Positions 38,305 through 51,354 of a stretch of DNA of 63,947 bases are shown here, one piece after another. Position numbers and translations under genes: made by a program. The number at the start of each line of letters is the position of its first letter. Within the stretch, counting starts at the first letter, position 1. The notes below the pieces were generated by a model. That model was not told where the DNA came from and searched no databases. It worked only from the letters and a program-made list of their open reading frames with translations. The stretch is from Pelomyxa schiedti (lineage: Eukaryota; Protista; Evosea), in assembly GCA_020536535.1 (NCBI GenBank), contig JAHLWZ010000873.1:1-63947 (forward strand). Reading direction: 5' to 3'.

Positions 38305-39091
38305 ATGGTGTGTCGCGGTGTCGTTTGTGAGATCTGTGCTTGAAGTTTCGTTCTCGCGGTTTTTTGTTTTTTTCACACTCGTATCGTATCGTATCGTTTC
38401 GTTTCGTGACCGTTGTCGTTTTGTGCCGAGGTTATCGTGTACCTGTTTTTTTGACAGTTTGTAGGTCTCCCGCAAGAAGAAGACAAGAAAGGACAGAGGC
38501 CATGTGTGTATGGGTCACGGACGTGTTGGTATGCATTTATACTGCAACACAAGACAGCGTTTTTGGGTTAATTGGAATGTATAGGCAAGCACCGCAAACA
38601 CGCAGGAGGTCGCGGTAACGCCGGTGGTCAGCACCATCACCGAACACTCTTCGACAAATAGTATGTTTTATGCTTCCCTCCTAGCCCTACTGACTCTTTT
38701 TTTTTCCCCCTTTTTTGCTTATGTTTCACACAAGCCACCCCGGATATTTCGGAAAGGTTGGTATGAGATTTTTCCATTGGACCGCCAACAACAACTTCCG
38801 ACCACACATCAACGTGGAAGCATTGTGGACACTTATCCCGGAAACTGTACGCAAGGGATACAAGAAGGGTGACCCCGTCCCAGTCCTCGACGTTACATCG
38901 AAGGTACACCTAAAATCTGACAATCAATATCTGCTTTACGGGGTTATGTAACTTCTTTCCAGGGATACTTCAAAGTTTTGGGCAAAGGAAAACTCCCCAA
39001 GCAACCCCTCATCGTCAGAGCCAAGTTCTTCTCCCGCAAAGCCGAGCTCAAAATCAAGAAGGCCGGAGGATGTTGTGTTCTGACCGCATAA
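38305..39091 (+). CDS. RPL27A: 60S ribosomal protein L27a (uL15), 4 introns
   Basis: M|[21 protein letters not shown]|[26 protein letters not shown]|[11 protein letters not shown]..|[42 protein letters not shown]. Confidence 0.97.
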
Positions 39092-39298
39092 GATATACTT
39101 TCCTTTTTGTCTTTTTTTTCTTGCCTTCCTTGCTACACCCAATCAATCACCCCACCCCTCTGGAAACCAGAACAAAGTTTTTTTTTCTCCAAACTCTTTC
39201 CCCAAACCCAGTCCCTGTTGCACGGCAACAGTTGTTGTGGAACACCAAACAAGACGAACTGTGGCCGTTCAAGGGACACACCCGCAGCATCTCAGATA

Positions 39299-40975
39299 AT
39301 GGACCGAGGGATGGCGCCGGGGGTCGGGGTGGTTGGGCTGCACGAGGGCGCTACGATGGTAGTTGCTCTGGCGTCGGGGAGGGTGCCTCCGCGGTCGGCG
39401 GTGCTCGCGGCGGCGTGCGACCCAGACCCGGGCAAGGTGGCGGCCGCGGCGAGGGCTGCGGCGCGGGCTGCCCGCGGCGACGACGCGGCGGCCGTGGATG
39501 GGGCCAGGAGCGAGGCCAGGGCGAGGCGCGAGAGGGCCGCGAGGTCGGCGGGGCGCCGTGTCAACTGGACAACCTCGTACAGTTCCCTTATTGCCTATTA
39601 TAAACAAGGAACTGTATATCTTGTATACCTATTTTTCCTTGCACTTTGCCAATGAAAATAAAACTCACAACACCAACACTTGGTATAGGTATGAGGAGAT
39701 GTTGCGTGATGAACGAGTTCAAATTGTGGCTATATACACACCTGATCATATGCATGCTCAGCACATCGTTCAGGCATTTGCAGCAGGAAAACATGTATAG
39801 CTAGTTGTAGGAAATGGATGGAAGTTAATCGTGAAAACAATAATAAATAAAAGGTTGTATGCGCAAAGCCACTTGTCAACTCTGTAGAGGGAGCAAGGAA
39901 ACTTGTTGCACTTCTCGATCATCCAAGCTGCAAACTTCTCGTTGGACAAAGTACCAGATTCTTTGAACCTTTTCAAGTACTTTCCATTTCTTTTCCTCAC
40001 ATGAATCACCTTTTTACAGCGACAACGTCGAGCGTGAGTGCTAGTGTTTCATTTGGCGTTTGTCAAACACTGGAACAGGTTCGAAAGTGGTCACCTTGGA
40101 GAGATTGAAATGATTGACGCCCATTACATCCACAGAATGGATTGGTTTTATGAAAAATCCGATTGGTCTAAATCAAAGAATTTTGATTGGGTAAGAACCA
40201 ACCATTAAGAGCCTTCAACACTTACCAGAAAAAAGGTGTTTGGGGGGCTTTCACACCCTCTTGATCTCGTGTGCTGGTATATTGGCAAGATAAAAGAGGT
40301 GTCAGCAGTAGCTTCAAAATCTCACCTTGCCAAGAAATACGGTGTCGAAACAAAAGATGTACTTTCGTCCTTCCAGCCCCACACCTTGTTGGCAACTCAC
40401 TACTTAGATCTATGTGGCACATCTTGTCAGTTTCCAAGGCAAAATTGCTCGAGTTATGGGCCATTATGGTCTTAAAGAGCTTCCCTCAGCACGAAACTCC
40501 ATCGAATGTGTTATATATGGATCCCGTAATACAAGCATGGCCCAGTACCATGGTATCGTTAAACCTCTTTCTCCTCAGAATTGACCACTTGAATAACAGA
40601 TATGGGTTATTATTATACACAGGATGACGGCACGGAAGTGAAAGAGGACCCACTCTACGAAAAGCGGAGCTTCTACTTTAACAATGAGGTTGGCCTCCTT
40701 GTAAAGCTCTGAAACCAACTAATTGGTGATTCCCACCTTTCCAAAACCTCCAGGTTCATGGGATGCACTATGGGGAATTTGCCAACTATGTAGACTATTT
40801 TTCCAAGTTCCTTCAGAATCCCTCAGAAAGTGGCTACTCCCCCAACCTTCGGGAAGGATTGGAATTGTTCTGTGTGATGGAGGCACTAAGATGTTCTGCC
40901 AACAATGCAGGTACCGTTGTTCAGGTGGACAAAATTCGTTGTGATATTGGCTTGAAAACTGTATCCCGTTTGTAG
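39299..40975 (+). CDS. Gfo/Idh/MocA family oxidoreductase (bacterial-like)
   Basis: GVGVVGLHEG, YEEMLRDERVQIVAIYTPDHMHAQHIVQAFAAGKH|VVCAKP, VGQSTRF, GLSHPLDL; 7 introns, includes a 14-nt microexon. Confidence 0.9.
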
Positions 40976-41023
40976 TGTAAAGAAAAGAAAACTGACTTTC
41001 TTTGTATTTTTGGTAATGGGTTC

Positions 41024-42626
41024 TTATAACATTAGTGATGTGAAGGAGGGCAGTGGTGGTATTGTTGGCAGTGTAGGTATTGTGGAAAGGAGTTCGTCCA
41101 TTGTCTTGGATTGGCCAATAATTCGGTAGTATGCACAAGAATGCGCCAGTTGGAGGATTTGCTTAATGCTGAGGTTTTTCTCCTTCTTAAGGACCATTCC
41201 TGCGATAAGCCCACCTATTTCTTTGGTAAGTAATTTTCTACAAGAAAGTGTTGAAAGTATACCAAAGAACGAGTCGCCAGCCCCCGTGGTATTTGGTTTG
41301 GAAGAAGAATCAACTACAAAAGAAGGGCAGAAAAATATAGCACCAGGAGAGAATAATTCTGTGGCTTCGATGTGTAACAACGAACTCAAATGCTGAATTT
41401 GAGCTGGATTTTGTGTCACAAATACAACAACACCATATTTTCCAAGTGTGATACACACAACAGTAGCTCCCATCTGAGCATGGTTAATGTAATGAAAGAA
41501 ATGAGATTCTTCATGCCTTCAATAGATCAAATGCACTTTTTTCCACCCACTCACGGGTCATTAATTCTTGAGGATTCTCGGATACCTTCACGAATTCTGC
41601 ATGTCTGTGGCAAATGTGTGCTGCCTCTTCTATGTTGGCATGGAAAACATCCTTTACAGTGTAAAAGAGCGGCATTCTGAAAATAGCAGACTTACAGTCC
41701 ACGGCATAACTGGTTCAATTACACCAGGATCGCCATTTGCTCCGTTGACATCAAAACTAGTGATTAAACCACTAGCTCTTGCTGACCGGAGTAACTCTGC
41801 TAGGTTTTCCCCTCGCAGAGATTTGGTTAGGTGGGGATACCCGTAATGAAACCACTGGTAGCTTCTCAAATCAAAGCCTGACTGTTTATGTTAAGAACTC
41901 TTCACGGCTTGTATCTTATTAACTTAAAATTTATTTTAATTTTGATTGTCGATACATCTGCTGGTGGGAACATATTGTACTGATCGAGAATAGCAACTGT
42001 TCCAGGACAGAAATATGCCCCTCGTCTGCCATCCTTGTAAATTGGCAAAGTGCTCAGTGCTGTATTTACCTTGTTTGTAAAAGTGGAGAACAGTTAACAA
42101 CAAAAGGGAGTCTGCGAAACCAGGACATACATGGTGATTTGTCTGAACCCAATGAGTGTTGATTCCTTCTGAGTTCCACTGGTCCAGCAACATTTTGCCG
42201 TGTGGATCGTCTCCAAGCACAGTAATGGCATCAACTTCCACTCCTAAAGAAAACAAGGAAAAGCATAATATTAGCATTGGATGGTAACCAAAGTGCTGCA
42301 GGAAAGAATGGATTACAAAAAGGCACACCAAGAGCTGCCAACACCTTCCCAGTATTTGACACACTGCCACCAGCCGTCCACTGGACAGAATCAACAAAAC
42401 CTATACTATACAAACCCAATTAAACCCCAGCCAAATATAACATAAAAAGTTACAGCCAAATATAACATAAAAAGTTAGTTTACTACGTATCAAGAAAGAA
42501 ACGAACCCACCTCTCAGGAGTCTGGAGAATATCAGAACCACGTAGCATTAGATCCACACAAGCCAACCCTGCCGAAACCACTCGCGGTCGTGGTCGCCCC
42601 CTCCTCGAACTCTCAGTCTCCGTCAT
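41024..42626 (-). CDS. PfkB/ribokinase-family carbohydrate kinase
   Basis: VVSAGLACVDL, TAGGSVSNTGKVLAALG..LGDDPHG, TSFDVN, FHANIEEA, VVCITLGKYG, NTTGAGDSF. Confidence 0.9.
42428..42477. repeat. Intronic 25-bp tandem duplication
   Basis: cagccaaatataacataaaaagtta x2. Confidence 0.85.
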
Positions 42627-43384
42627 TGGTGACAGTACTCCCCTGCGTGCCCACTTGTTGAATCGTCGAAAAGTTCCCTCTTTGCTTCGTGGAAGAGGGA
42701 ACCCAGTCCTCAGGTTCTTCCTCATCAAATGGTCCCTCCCCAAAATCAGAGGAATGGTGACTGACTCCAATGTAGTTCTGTTGTTGATGCTGGTGGTTGC
42801 CCAGTGGGAACAAAAATTGCCTCGCATTCAAAGGCCGTGTTACCCTTTGGGGCTTTCCATTTTGGTTTGGAGGCGCCCAAGCTCTTATTAAAACACATTT
42901 ATTTGAGTTGCCTTGGGTGTTTGTCTTGCAGTCTTCACGTAGGACACCTGCACCATCACATGAGATGCTGCCTCATCAGGGAGTTGGATGGCGCTCATTG
43001 GTAGGCATTTGTTGGCCGTTCATTGGCGCCACAACACCTGCCGAGTTCAAAAAATGCTGTGAAAGTGATGAATCCAAAATCGAGAGAGTTGACGTGACTG
43101 CCCCAGATGTGCCTGCAACCATCAGGCGTAATCCAACTGTTTGTTTTTGGGTTCCAAGTTAGTGTTGGACAGTAAACTACACAAAATAATTTCACGTAAG
43201 CACTGGGCCAGTGAGCTGGCCACCTATCCCACGTAGCAAGTCTGACTCATGTATTTGTGATCTGAGGTGAGTATGGAGAACCAACCAGACTTATGGTTAC
43301 GGCAGCGGCGCATTTACTGTGTCAACGTGCATTTTTTCCATTTCAAAAAAAACATATGGCGGCGAGAGTGCAAAATCTTTAAAA

Positions 43385-45123
43385 ATGAACATGGGGAGGT
43401 GCCGTCGTAAGTGGGTGCTGTTTTTGTTTTTGTTCGTCTCTATCCAGGCTTTACTTTTCATTTTCACTGTTGAATGGTATCAAGCGCACCCCTTTTTTTC
43501 TTTTTACCTCTAACAAAACCAAGGGCTTTTTGGGGTCAAAATAACTTTGCACCTGCTAGTCCTAGTAGAGAAATTATTGGTGCAAATGCTTCCGTTAATG
43601 GTGTTCACAACATTGCGAAAAAGGAGCCCAATGCCAACGAGGGTCTCCTCTCAGTCGAGGTGACCTCTTCAGCGCACTCTGAAGCCAGTTGCATTGTGGA
43701 CTCACGTGAAATATGTCACTCCATGGATGTGGTCTACACTTGGGTCAATGGGACCGACCAGAATCATGTCGACCTCTTGAGTGTAATACTTCACATTTTT
43801 ACTGGAAACTTATGATTTGGGCCTTAACTAGAAATTCACTAGCAATTTCCATAGCAGTAGATATAGGGATTATGGTTTCCGACAGTGCATTTACCATTAC
43901 TCTCCATTCCCACTTTTGATAGGTGTTCTTCGATACTCCATGCGATCTGTGGAGGCCTTTTTACCCTGGGTAAGGAATATTGTTGTGGTTACAGATGGAC
44001 AAGTATGTCCTTTGTCCACTTGAACCAAAAAATTAAAACAAATACTTCAGGTTCCCATTTGGTTGAACCTGTCAGCTCCAAATTTACGTTTGATCACACA
44101 TTCTCAGGTATTCTGATGCAGTTCCGTGCGTTCCTTATAATAAAGCAGATATTTCCTAGTACACATTATCTTCCTACGTTCAACAGCAAAGCAATTGAAG
44201 CCAACCTCTACAATATTCCAGAAATATCCCCTTGCTTTTTATATTGTAACGACGACATGTTCATTTCCAAAGCCACTGATCTCGACATGTAACCGTTCCC
44301 AATTCGAACTACTAATTAATACAGATTTTTAGGTTCATTAACCCTCTTTCCGGAGCCATACAAGTACACACATCATCACACTATCATGCTCCTATGGTCT
44401 CAAAACTGGAAAAATCACTGTGGCATCGAAGTATAGCATATTCTAACGAAGTCTTCAACAAGTACGCCATTTTTTCGTGGTATCCCTAAGTGCTCTCACA
44501 GGAAATATCACGCGCAGTCCTTTGAAGTTGTGAGTCATCCCTACCCTTCACATATCTGTTATTTCTTCAGGAAAGATGTATCGAACATGTAGAAAAAATG
44601 AGTCATTTCGATTGACACAGGTGAAGATATTACAAAAGATACACAAATACTGGGAAGAAGAATACTATGAACTGATGGCTCACCGGTTTCGCACTGACAG
44701 TGACATTTCTACCACTTTCTTGCATGCAAATGCACTTGCCCCACCCCGCCTTGGGTCATACCTAACTTCAAGAGCAGGTTGCTCTCGAGGAATGCGGTGG
44801 TGAAGAAACGCATGATGGAGGACTCTATGGCACATGGACAACAAATTTAACAGAAAATCAGGAGTTCTGGGATTCAGTCAGCCTAAATTTCACAACACAC
44901 AAAAACTCTAATGCCTCCAAAACAAAACAAAAAAACCACAAAATAGATTTGGGAAGATGAAACCACCATCCCCAATGTCGTGTGCCTTAATGATGCTCTT
45001 GGAACTGACCCCTCACCTGAGGACTTGGACCAGGCAACCAACCAACTCGATACCCTGATGAGCACAATCTTCCCTTACCCATCTGCATTTGAGTCTATTG
45101 AGCCAGAACAAGACACGATGTAA
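43385..45123 (+). CDS. Stealth-family hexose-1-phosphoryl transferase, type II membrane protein
   Basis: N-terminal TM; CR1 MDVVYTWVNGTD; CR2 [49 protein letters not shown]; CR3 HRFRTDSD; CR4 VVCLND. Confidence 0.92.
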
Positions 45124-45157
45124 TTTGAAAGGACTCTAATACAATCCAATACTTTTT

Positions 45158-46653
45158 TTACAAACCAAAACCTGATATTTCTCTTAGTCTCGTTACTGCC
45201 TTTACAACCACTCCTACCACATAGTCCACCTCTTCAAGGGTTGTGAAGTGACTCAGACTGAACCGGACCCCAGTGTGTGCCAGTTCAGCAGCACCCGCTG
45301 ATGCCCCGTCGCTGTTGGTTGCTGCAGACACCATTGTGGAAAGAGCCTTGAGGGCTGGGCTGGCTTCAAGAGACTCTGATGCACATGCACTTCCGGTTGA
45401 TGCCGCAACACCATTGGTGTCCAAGTCCCACAGCAATGCCTCGCCTTCAACACCACGGAAGGCTATCAGAGAGGTATTTGGTGTGCGGAGGTGCCGAGAA
45501 CCCACGGCATGGGTATGGGGAACTTGTGCCAAAATGGCATCCTCAAGCCTGTCACGCAGTGTCCGCACATGATGGCTTTCAACTCCTGACTGAACTCTAG
45601 CATTTGCTAAAGCCAGTGCCACCCCAAGTCCCACCACTCCAGGAACATTGATAGTTCCAGAGCGTAGACCGCCCATCTGCTCACCGCCATGAAACAATGG
45701 CGGCGATAGCATAGTGAAGTCTCTAGCATAAAGGGCACCCACTCCAGTTGGGCCATGAAATTTATGTGCAGAGAGTGTCAGGAAATCCACTCCGGTACGT
45801 GACACATTCACAGGCAATTTCCCAACTGCTTGAGTTGCATCTGTGTGGAATAGCCCGCCTGCACCTCTTACCATATTAGCTAGGTCTGCAACAGGATTAA
45901 TGAGGCCCGTTTCATTGTTTGCCCACATTATAGATACCAGCGCAACCCTTTCAGGGTGCATGTTTTTTTTTAGAATATCTAAAAAGAAAAACTGAGTCAA
46001 GAAGAGAGGAAACCAGTGCGTACCAGGTGTTACTATCCCCTCGCTGTTTACTGGCAATCTGACAACTTCAACCCCAGGTTGGGTAGAGAGCCAATCAAAT
46101 GCGCGTGCCACAGAAGGGTGTTCAACCTGCGATGTGATGTACTGATTCCTTTTTGGTGCCCGCTTTTTTGGAGCCTCGACTGCAGAAGCTAATACAGGGG
46201 ACACATTTGATAACCTCCAGTATGTACTCTGAAGTGTGTTATAAATAAAACAAGGGCCCTAATAATGATTTATGAAATGCGCTTGTCGTGCCTATAAAGT
46301 ACACAATGCACAAGCGTGCAATTAACAAATATACGCATGCACACTTTTATGACGTGGTTGTTGCCTTCGGTGGAGCCACTGTTAAACAACACAGTTGCCC
46401 TCTTCACAGCCGAGTCCACGCCCAGCGCCTTCCTCGCCGCCGCCGACGCCTCCACCACTGCCGAGTGTGCAGCCCTCCCAAACCCGTGCAGCGAGTTGGC
46501 GTTACCATACGCCGGAACGGCGCCGATGTCGCCGGTGCTGAGATCTTTGCTGTTGTTGCCCGTCTTCACAGGGAACATGAACGGCATCATTGCCTTCGAC
46601 ACAGCAGGATCTACCATCGTAGTAGCGTTGTTGTCCATATACACCCGCATCAT
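45158..46653 (-). CDS. nifS: Cysteine desulfurase NifS, epsilon-proteobacterial type, no N-terminal targeting extension
   Basis: MMRVYMDNNATT, YGNANSLH, GSTEGNN, VEHPSV, SIMWANNETG, FHTDATQAVGK, LSAHKFHGP, RSGT, GVEGEALLWDL..ASTGSACASESLEA, ELAHTGVRFSLS. Confidence 0.93.
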
Positions 46654-46773
46654 TCTCGGAGGCTTGCCTGTTTTTTTTTTTTTTACTGAAAGTGCCTCGC
46701 GTTTTTCCCTCAGCTTTCACAGTGAGAAAATCGCTGAAACGACAAAGAAACAACACGTTAAGGTACCCAATCA

Positions 46774-49700
46774 TCAAAATCGTGATTTCTTCTTTACAAC
46801 GTTTTTACGAGTAAGGCGAGTAGAACGTGTTTGTCTGTGGATGGGTGGATTGATATCTACAACCTCGTCCTCTGATCCAGGTGAGTTGGCATCATTGGCC
46901 TCTGTGGATGATGAAGAGGGCGACGAAGATGATGAAGGTGACCGCGATGGTGATGTCTGTGGTGAGCGTGATTGTGTTTGTGTTTGTGATGGAGAGCGAT
47001 GAGGGCCAGGGTGTTGGTGTTCTTGTTTCGGTGGGATTGGGACTGGTTTTGGGGTTGCTGTTGTTGGTGAGTGTGACAGCTTCGACCGTTTGGGTACCGG
47101 AATTCTGAGGATTTGTTCGTATTCCACCTTGGGTGCTATTACTGTTGTTGGTGCTGGTGGTGGTTGCGTTTGCGTTTGCGGCTGGGTTTGTGATCCTGGG
47201 GATGGCTCTGGTTTTAGTTTGGGTGTTGGTGACCGTTGTGGGGGTGCAGGTTTTTGGAGTGGTTGTGCACTTTCTTTTTTGGGCGAAGTTGTATGGGTAT
47301 TGTTACTGAGGGCGGTATTTCTGTAGCGCAGAGTTTTATCCAATGAGCTATCTTCTTGAGGTACCTGCCAAACATGATCAGTGCAAACAGAAACTGAGGA
47401 AGAAAGGAGAGGATACCGAGCAGTTGCTGAACTTTTTATCTGGATTTAGGTGGCAAAACCATTGTTCTGGGAGAACAGCATTTTTATCTGGGTGTCTTCT
47501 CCACTTCAAACACCGATTGCATTGGACCCACATGTGGTCAGCAGCCCTACTAGCGGAATCTGGCAAAAGTGGCTCATAGTTTGGCTCATTCTCTTCGAGG
47601 AATTCCTCTACCTAGGAACTTTATGAGAAAAAGCTTGTAAGTCTGATTTCATACAGCTTGACTTAACCAGGTCTCCAGTGATAGAAACACCCCATCCTCA
47701 TTGAACCCCTGCTTGTTATTGAGGGGCTCGAGGCTGTTTGCTTCCACAACCCCTATCAAACCATTGCCTCGTTCAAGATACGAAGCTTTGGACTCCAAAG
47801 AACCAAGTTTAGTGTCTATTTGAGTAGGTGAGAATTTGATGACAACGGAACATGGGAAAGCCTACATGAGGAGACTAACCGGTTCCGCCAGTATAAATGG
47901 AACCCAGAAAGCCCTAAATCTTTATCCTCGGTATTGTATCTGTTGGTTTAAATGGTTGGAAATGTCAGGAAGCAAAAAAGACCATACCCAATAGTCAAGT
48001 TTCCCACTTCGGGGAAAGGCACCTTTAATATCTTTGCTTTCTCCAGGCCTGTGTTGACAGGTTTGGTTTCAACTGGTTTTCCACAGATGTGCAGATTTGA
48101 CACTGGGGTCAAGTATAGGATTGAGCAGTATTTTCTTAACGAGTAATCAACTGGAACCTTTTGATCCCCTAACTTGTTTGGTTTATTTTTGTGTCAGTTT
48201 TGTTTACTAATGATGGGAGAGTGGTTTGTACCCCTCTTCTCTTTGGCATTTGCTTTCCATGGATTGGTCGGAGCTGAATGTCGCTCTCTTCAGCAACATA
48301 CATAAACTCCAGTTGGCTTGGATCAGCCAAACTGTGACGCAAATTAAATAGCATAATGCATGTACCAGTGAGTGCTTGGAAATTGACCCCCTTTTTGTAG
48401 TTAGCTTTGTGCTTTTTTGTTGTTCGGCATTTTACATTTGACACCGAAACAATCTTGGAAACTAGAATTCCGAGATGAATATGACTTCGCACCGGAGAGA
48501 CCTTGAAAATATGTGAAAAATATTCCTGTGCCTGCTCCTCAGGTTGGTACTCTGGGTCCGGACTCATTGTGCTCCGCCTGTTTAACTCTTACAAACAAGA
48601 AAAATAAATATAACGGCTTACTTCAACGTAATTATTGGTGTAGTCACACAATTTGAATTCTGATTTAGTGTCGTGGATAGTATTCCAACCGATATACTTT
48701 CCTTGGACATGGTTAATATCAGGGCATCAGATGCCAGTCTCATTGCCCCTAGCTTGTGTCACGGCAATGCAAATTAAATTGCAATAACCAACCAGTTTTA
48801 AAGCCGATTCCAAATCGGCCTATATGTGTTTGGTCATTTGTTTGATCATGTCCAAATTGCAGTAAACCTGGTGAGGAACGGGGAGAGAGATTTAGCCTGC
48901 AACTAACGATTACGTGGCGCTCATACAAAACATTTCTTTGCGGGTCATCCCGCGGCCATTATCAATCACCAATATTGCAGGTTGTTCAAACTCCTCACTC
49001 CAATTAACATGAATTTGCTTTGCACCCGCATCAACGGAATTGTCAATCTGGTGCAATTTGTTATTCACCTACTTAACAAGAAGCAAGCCAATATACCAAT
49101 TCAGCCAAGGCCCCAAGAGCCCATTTGTGTGTTGTTCTTGCATTTGATTCCAGGAACGATGGGTGAGCTGATAAGGAACTAAGAGCAAGTTACGAGGTGA
49201 GAAAAGTCCCAAAAACATACTGTTCCAAGGCAGGTTGGAAAAAAACCGTCAAAGAATCACCTGGAGCAAGTGGTTGCTTTGGGGGGCAAAGATAGAACTT
49301 GCCACAACCAGGGAATGTGTGAACTAGATGCTGAAATTATGTTAGTTCACCCTCTTATAAATTATAATATTACTTTGGGAATTTCTCTTGGGGTTTGCGT
49401 AGGGCCAGTGTGAAATAGGAGGTAACGTATAAATTCAAAGAAGTGTACTCGTTCGTCAGGCGAGGAAGTGGCTGCAAGTTTTATCTGAGATATTCCTTGC
49501 TTAAAACAAAAATCACAATGGGTGCAGTTACATACAGTTATGCTTTCTTTCATGTCTGATGGTGCCGCATGTGTCACATCAGCATCGTAGAATCGGAATT
49601 CTGTAGGCCTACATTGATTGCATTTAAACTTAAGAATGAGAAAAAGGAAAGACGTAGGTACAGGGAATATGCAGGGTTGGTCTGGATATCCAGTGGACAA

Positions 49701-51130
49701 ATGAGCTGATTGTTCCAGAACAGTTTCTTTGTGACTACTGACACAGCAGTCGAACCAGGACCACTAGTACAGGCAGAAGTAGACCCAGAAGTATCCTCAT
49801 GCAGGGTGACAGGCAAACTCACTGGTAAAGGTGTGGGTGCAGCTGCAGTTATGGGTGTGACTGATGGTGTTGGCGCAACTGCAGGTGTAGGAGCAGGCAC
49901 TGATGGGATTAAGGGTGTCGGCGTGACCGTGGGTGTGGGTGTGGGCGCTGGGGTTGGCGTTGTTATTGGTATTGGCGCTGGTGTTGGTGTCGGTACTGTT
50001 GTCGGTGTTGGTGTAGGGATAACTATGGAAGCGATTGAGGGTGACGAAAGACGGGGAGAGACTGGCCTCACAACCACAAAGGAGGATGATTGTTGTGAAG
50101 GTGACAGTGTTCGAAGGGGTGCTAATGCCACTACAGGTAAAGACACTACGAGTGGAGGTGTTGATACCCCTTGGAAAGGTGTTTGTGTCTGTTGTAGTTG
50201 TTCTTGCTGCTGTTGCTGTTGCCTCTGTTCTTGTTGTTGTTGTTGCTGGTGTGATTGCCTCAAATCTTGTTCCGGCTGGTACATATTTTGTTCTGCCTCT
50301 TGCGCTTGTTGGTTCTGTGGCTGGTAAGAGGCCTGCCTCGACGTAGGCTCCTGAGACCACTGGGACTCGCGTGGCCTTGGAGAGTAGTGCGGCCGTGATG
50401 GCCTCAAGAATGGGCGATCCAGCAGCTGGTGCTGCAGCACAGGTGTAGTGTTGATGGTTGGGCTTTTGTAAATTGATGGTGTGGGGTTAGAGCTATTGCT
50501 ATTGACATTGTTATTGGCGTGATCACGCTCCTGGTAATGACTCCCTTGGCTAGTATCACGTTCGTTTTCACGTTCACTGCGGTAATAATTGCGGGAATAT
50601 TCGCGGTCGTGGGTGCGCCCATAATCCCGGTCTCTATCACGGTGGTGGCTGTGCTCATAGTGGCGCTCGTGGTCGTGAGAGTGATGGTGGTCGCGATCAC
50701 GGTCCTTGACGGCGCCGTGCACAGCCGCCGGCATCGGGGTGTTGTAGCTGCCCCATAATGACGGCGGTTTGCCAATGGCCTCGATGCGCAGCGTAGCCGG
50801 CAGGTGGGGAATAAGACTGGGGCTCGGGCTCGGGCTCGGCGCAGCAGCGGAGCTTATGCGAGACGACGACGGCGTGGGGCTCGTGGGGCGCGGCGGCTGC
50901 GGAGGCTGGGGGTGCGAGACCACCATGAAGGAGGAGGAGGAGGAGGGCGCGCGCGGCGCCGGCTGCGGCGGCAACGGCGTCGGCGACGGCGTGGGCAGCA
51001 GCGGCGCGTAGGGCTGCGGGTCCCAGCCTGACCTGAAGCAGCTGGCCGTGCTCGTGTAGTAGGGGTGGTTGCTGTTGCTCATCATCCGAGCCATCGCCGA
51101 CGTCCCTGACCTGTCAACGTGTCGATACAT
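46774..51130 (-). CDS. MORC: MORC-family GHKL ATPase with CW zinc finger and long low-complexity N-terminus
   Basis: HPSFLESNARTTHKWALGALAEL|IDNSVDA, VIDNGRGM, IGRFGIGFKTG|AMRL, TGTCIMLFNL; CW domain WVQCNRCLKWR..WFCHLNPDKKFSNC. Confidence 0.9.
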
Positions 51131-51354
51131 TTGTGATCTCGTATGTGTTTTAATTGTCTTTCGGGGGTTGTTGTTTGCGTGCGTTTGTTGTTTCTCGGTC
51201 TGGTTTGTTTGGAATAATGAAACTAGCGTTGGTTGTTGTGTTTTTAAAGGCACTTTGGTCTACTCTTGCGAGACCCGACAAATTAAAAAAAACCTCGTCG
51301 GGGACCAGTCCTGATTTAGCTGCCGTTTCTCATAAATAGACAATAAGGTAGGTT

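Noticed and set aside
38308-38464. Intronic snoRNA in the long first intron of RPL27A
   Set aside because: No convincing C/D or H/ACA boxes seen; only a short (CGTAT/CGTTT)n repeat.
42940-42985. Hammerhead ribozyme core (CUGAUGA on the minus strand)
   Set aside because: No GAAA after a stem II and no closing stems.
49710-50346. Cys-, Gly- and Val-rich plus-strand ORFs (also 55379-55760 and 60675-61061)
   Set aside because: Antisense shadows of low-complexity Gln/Pro/Thr, RS or acidic coding regions on the minus strand.
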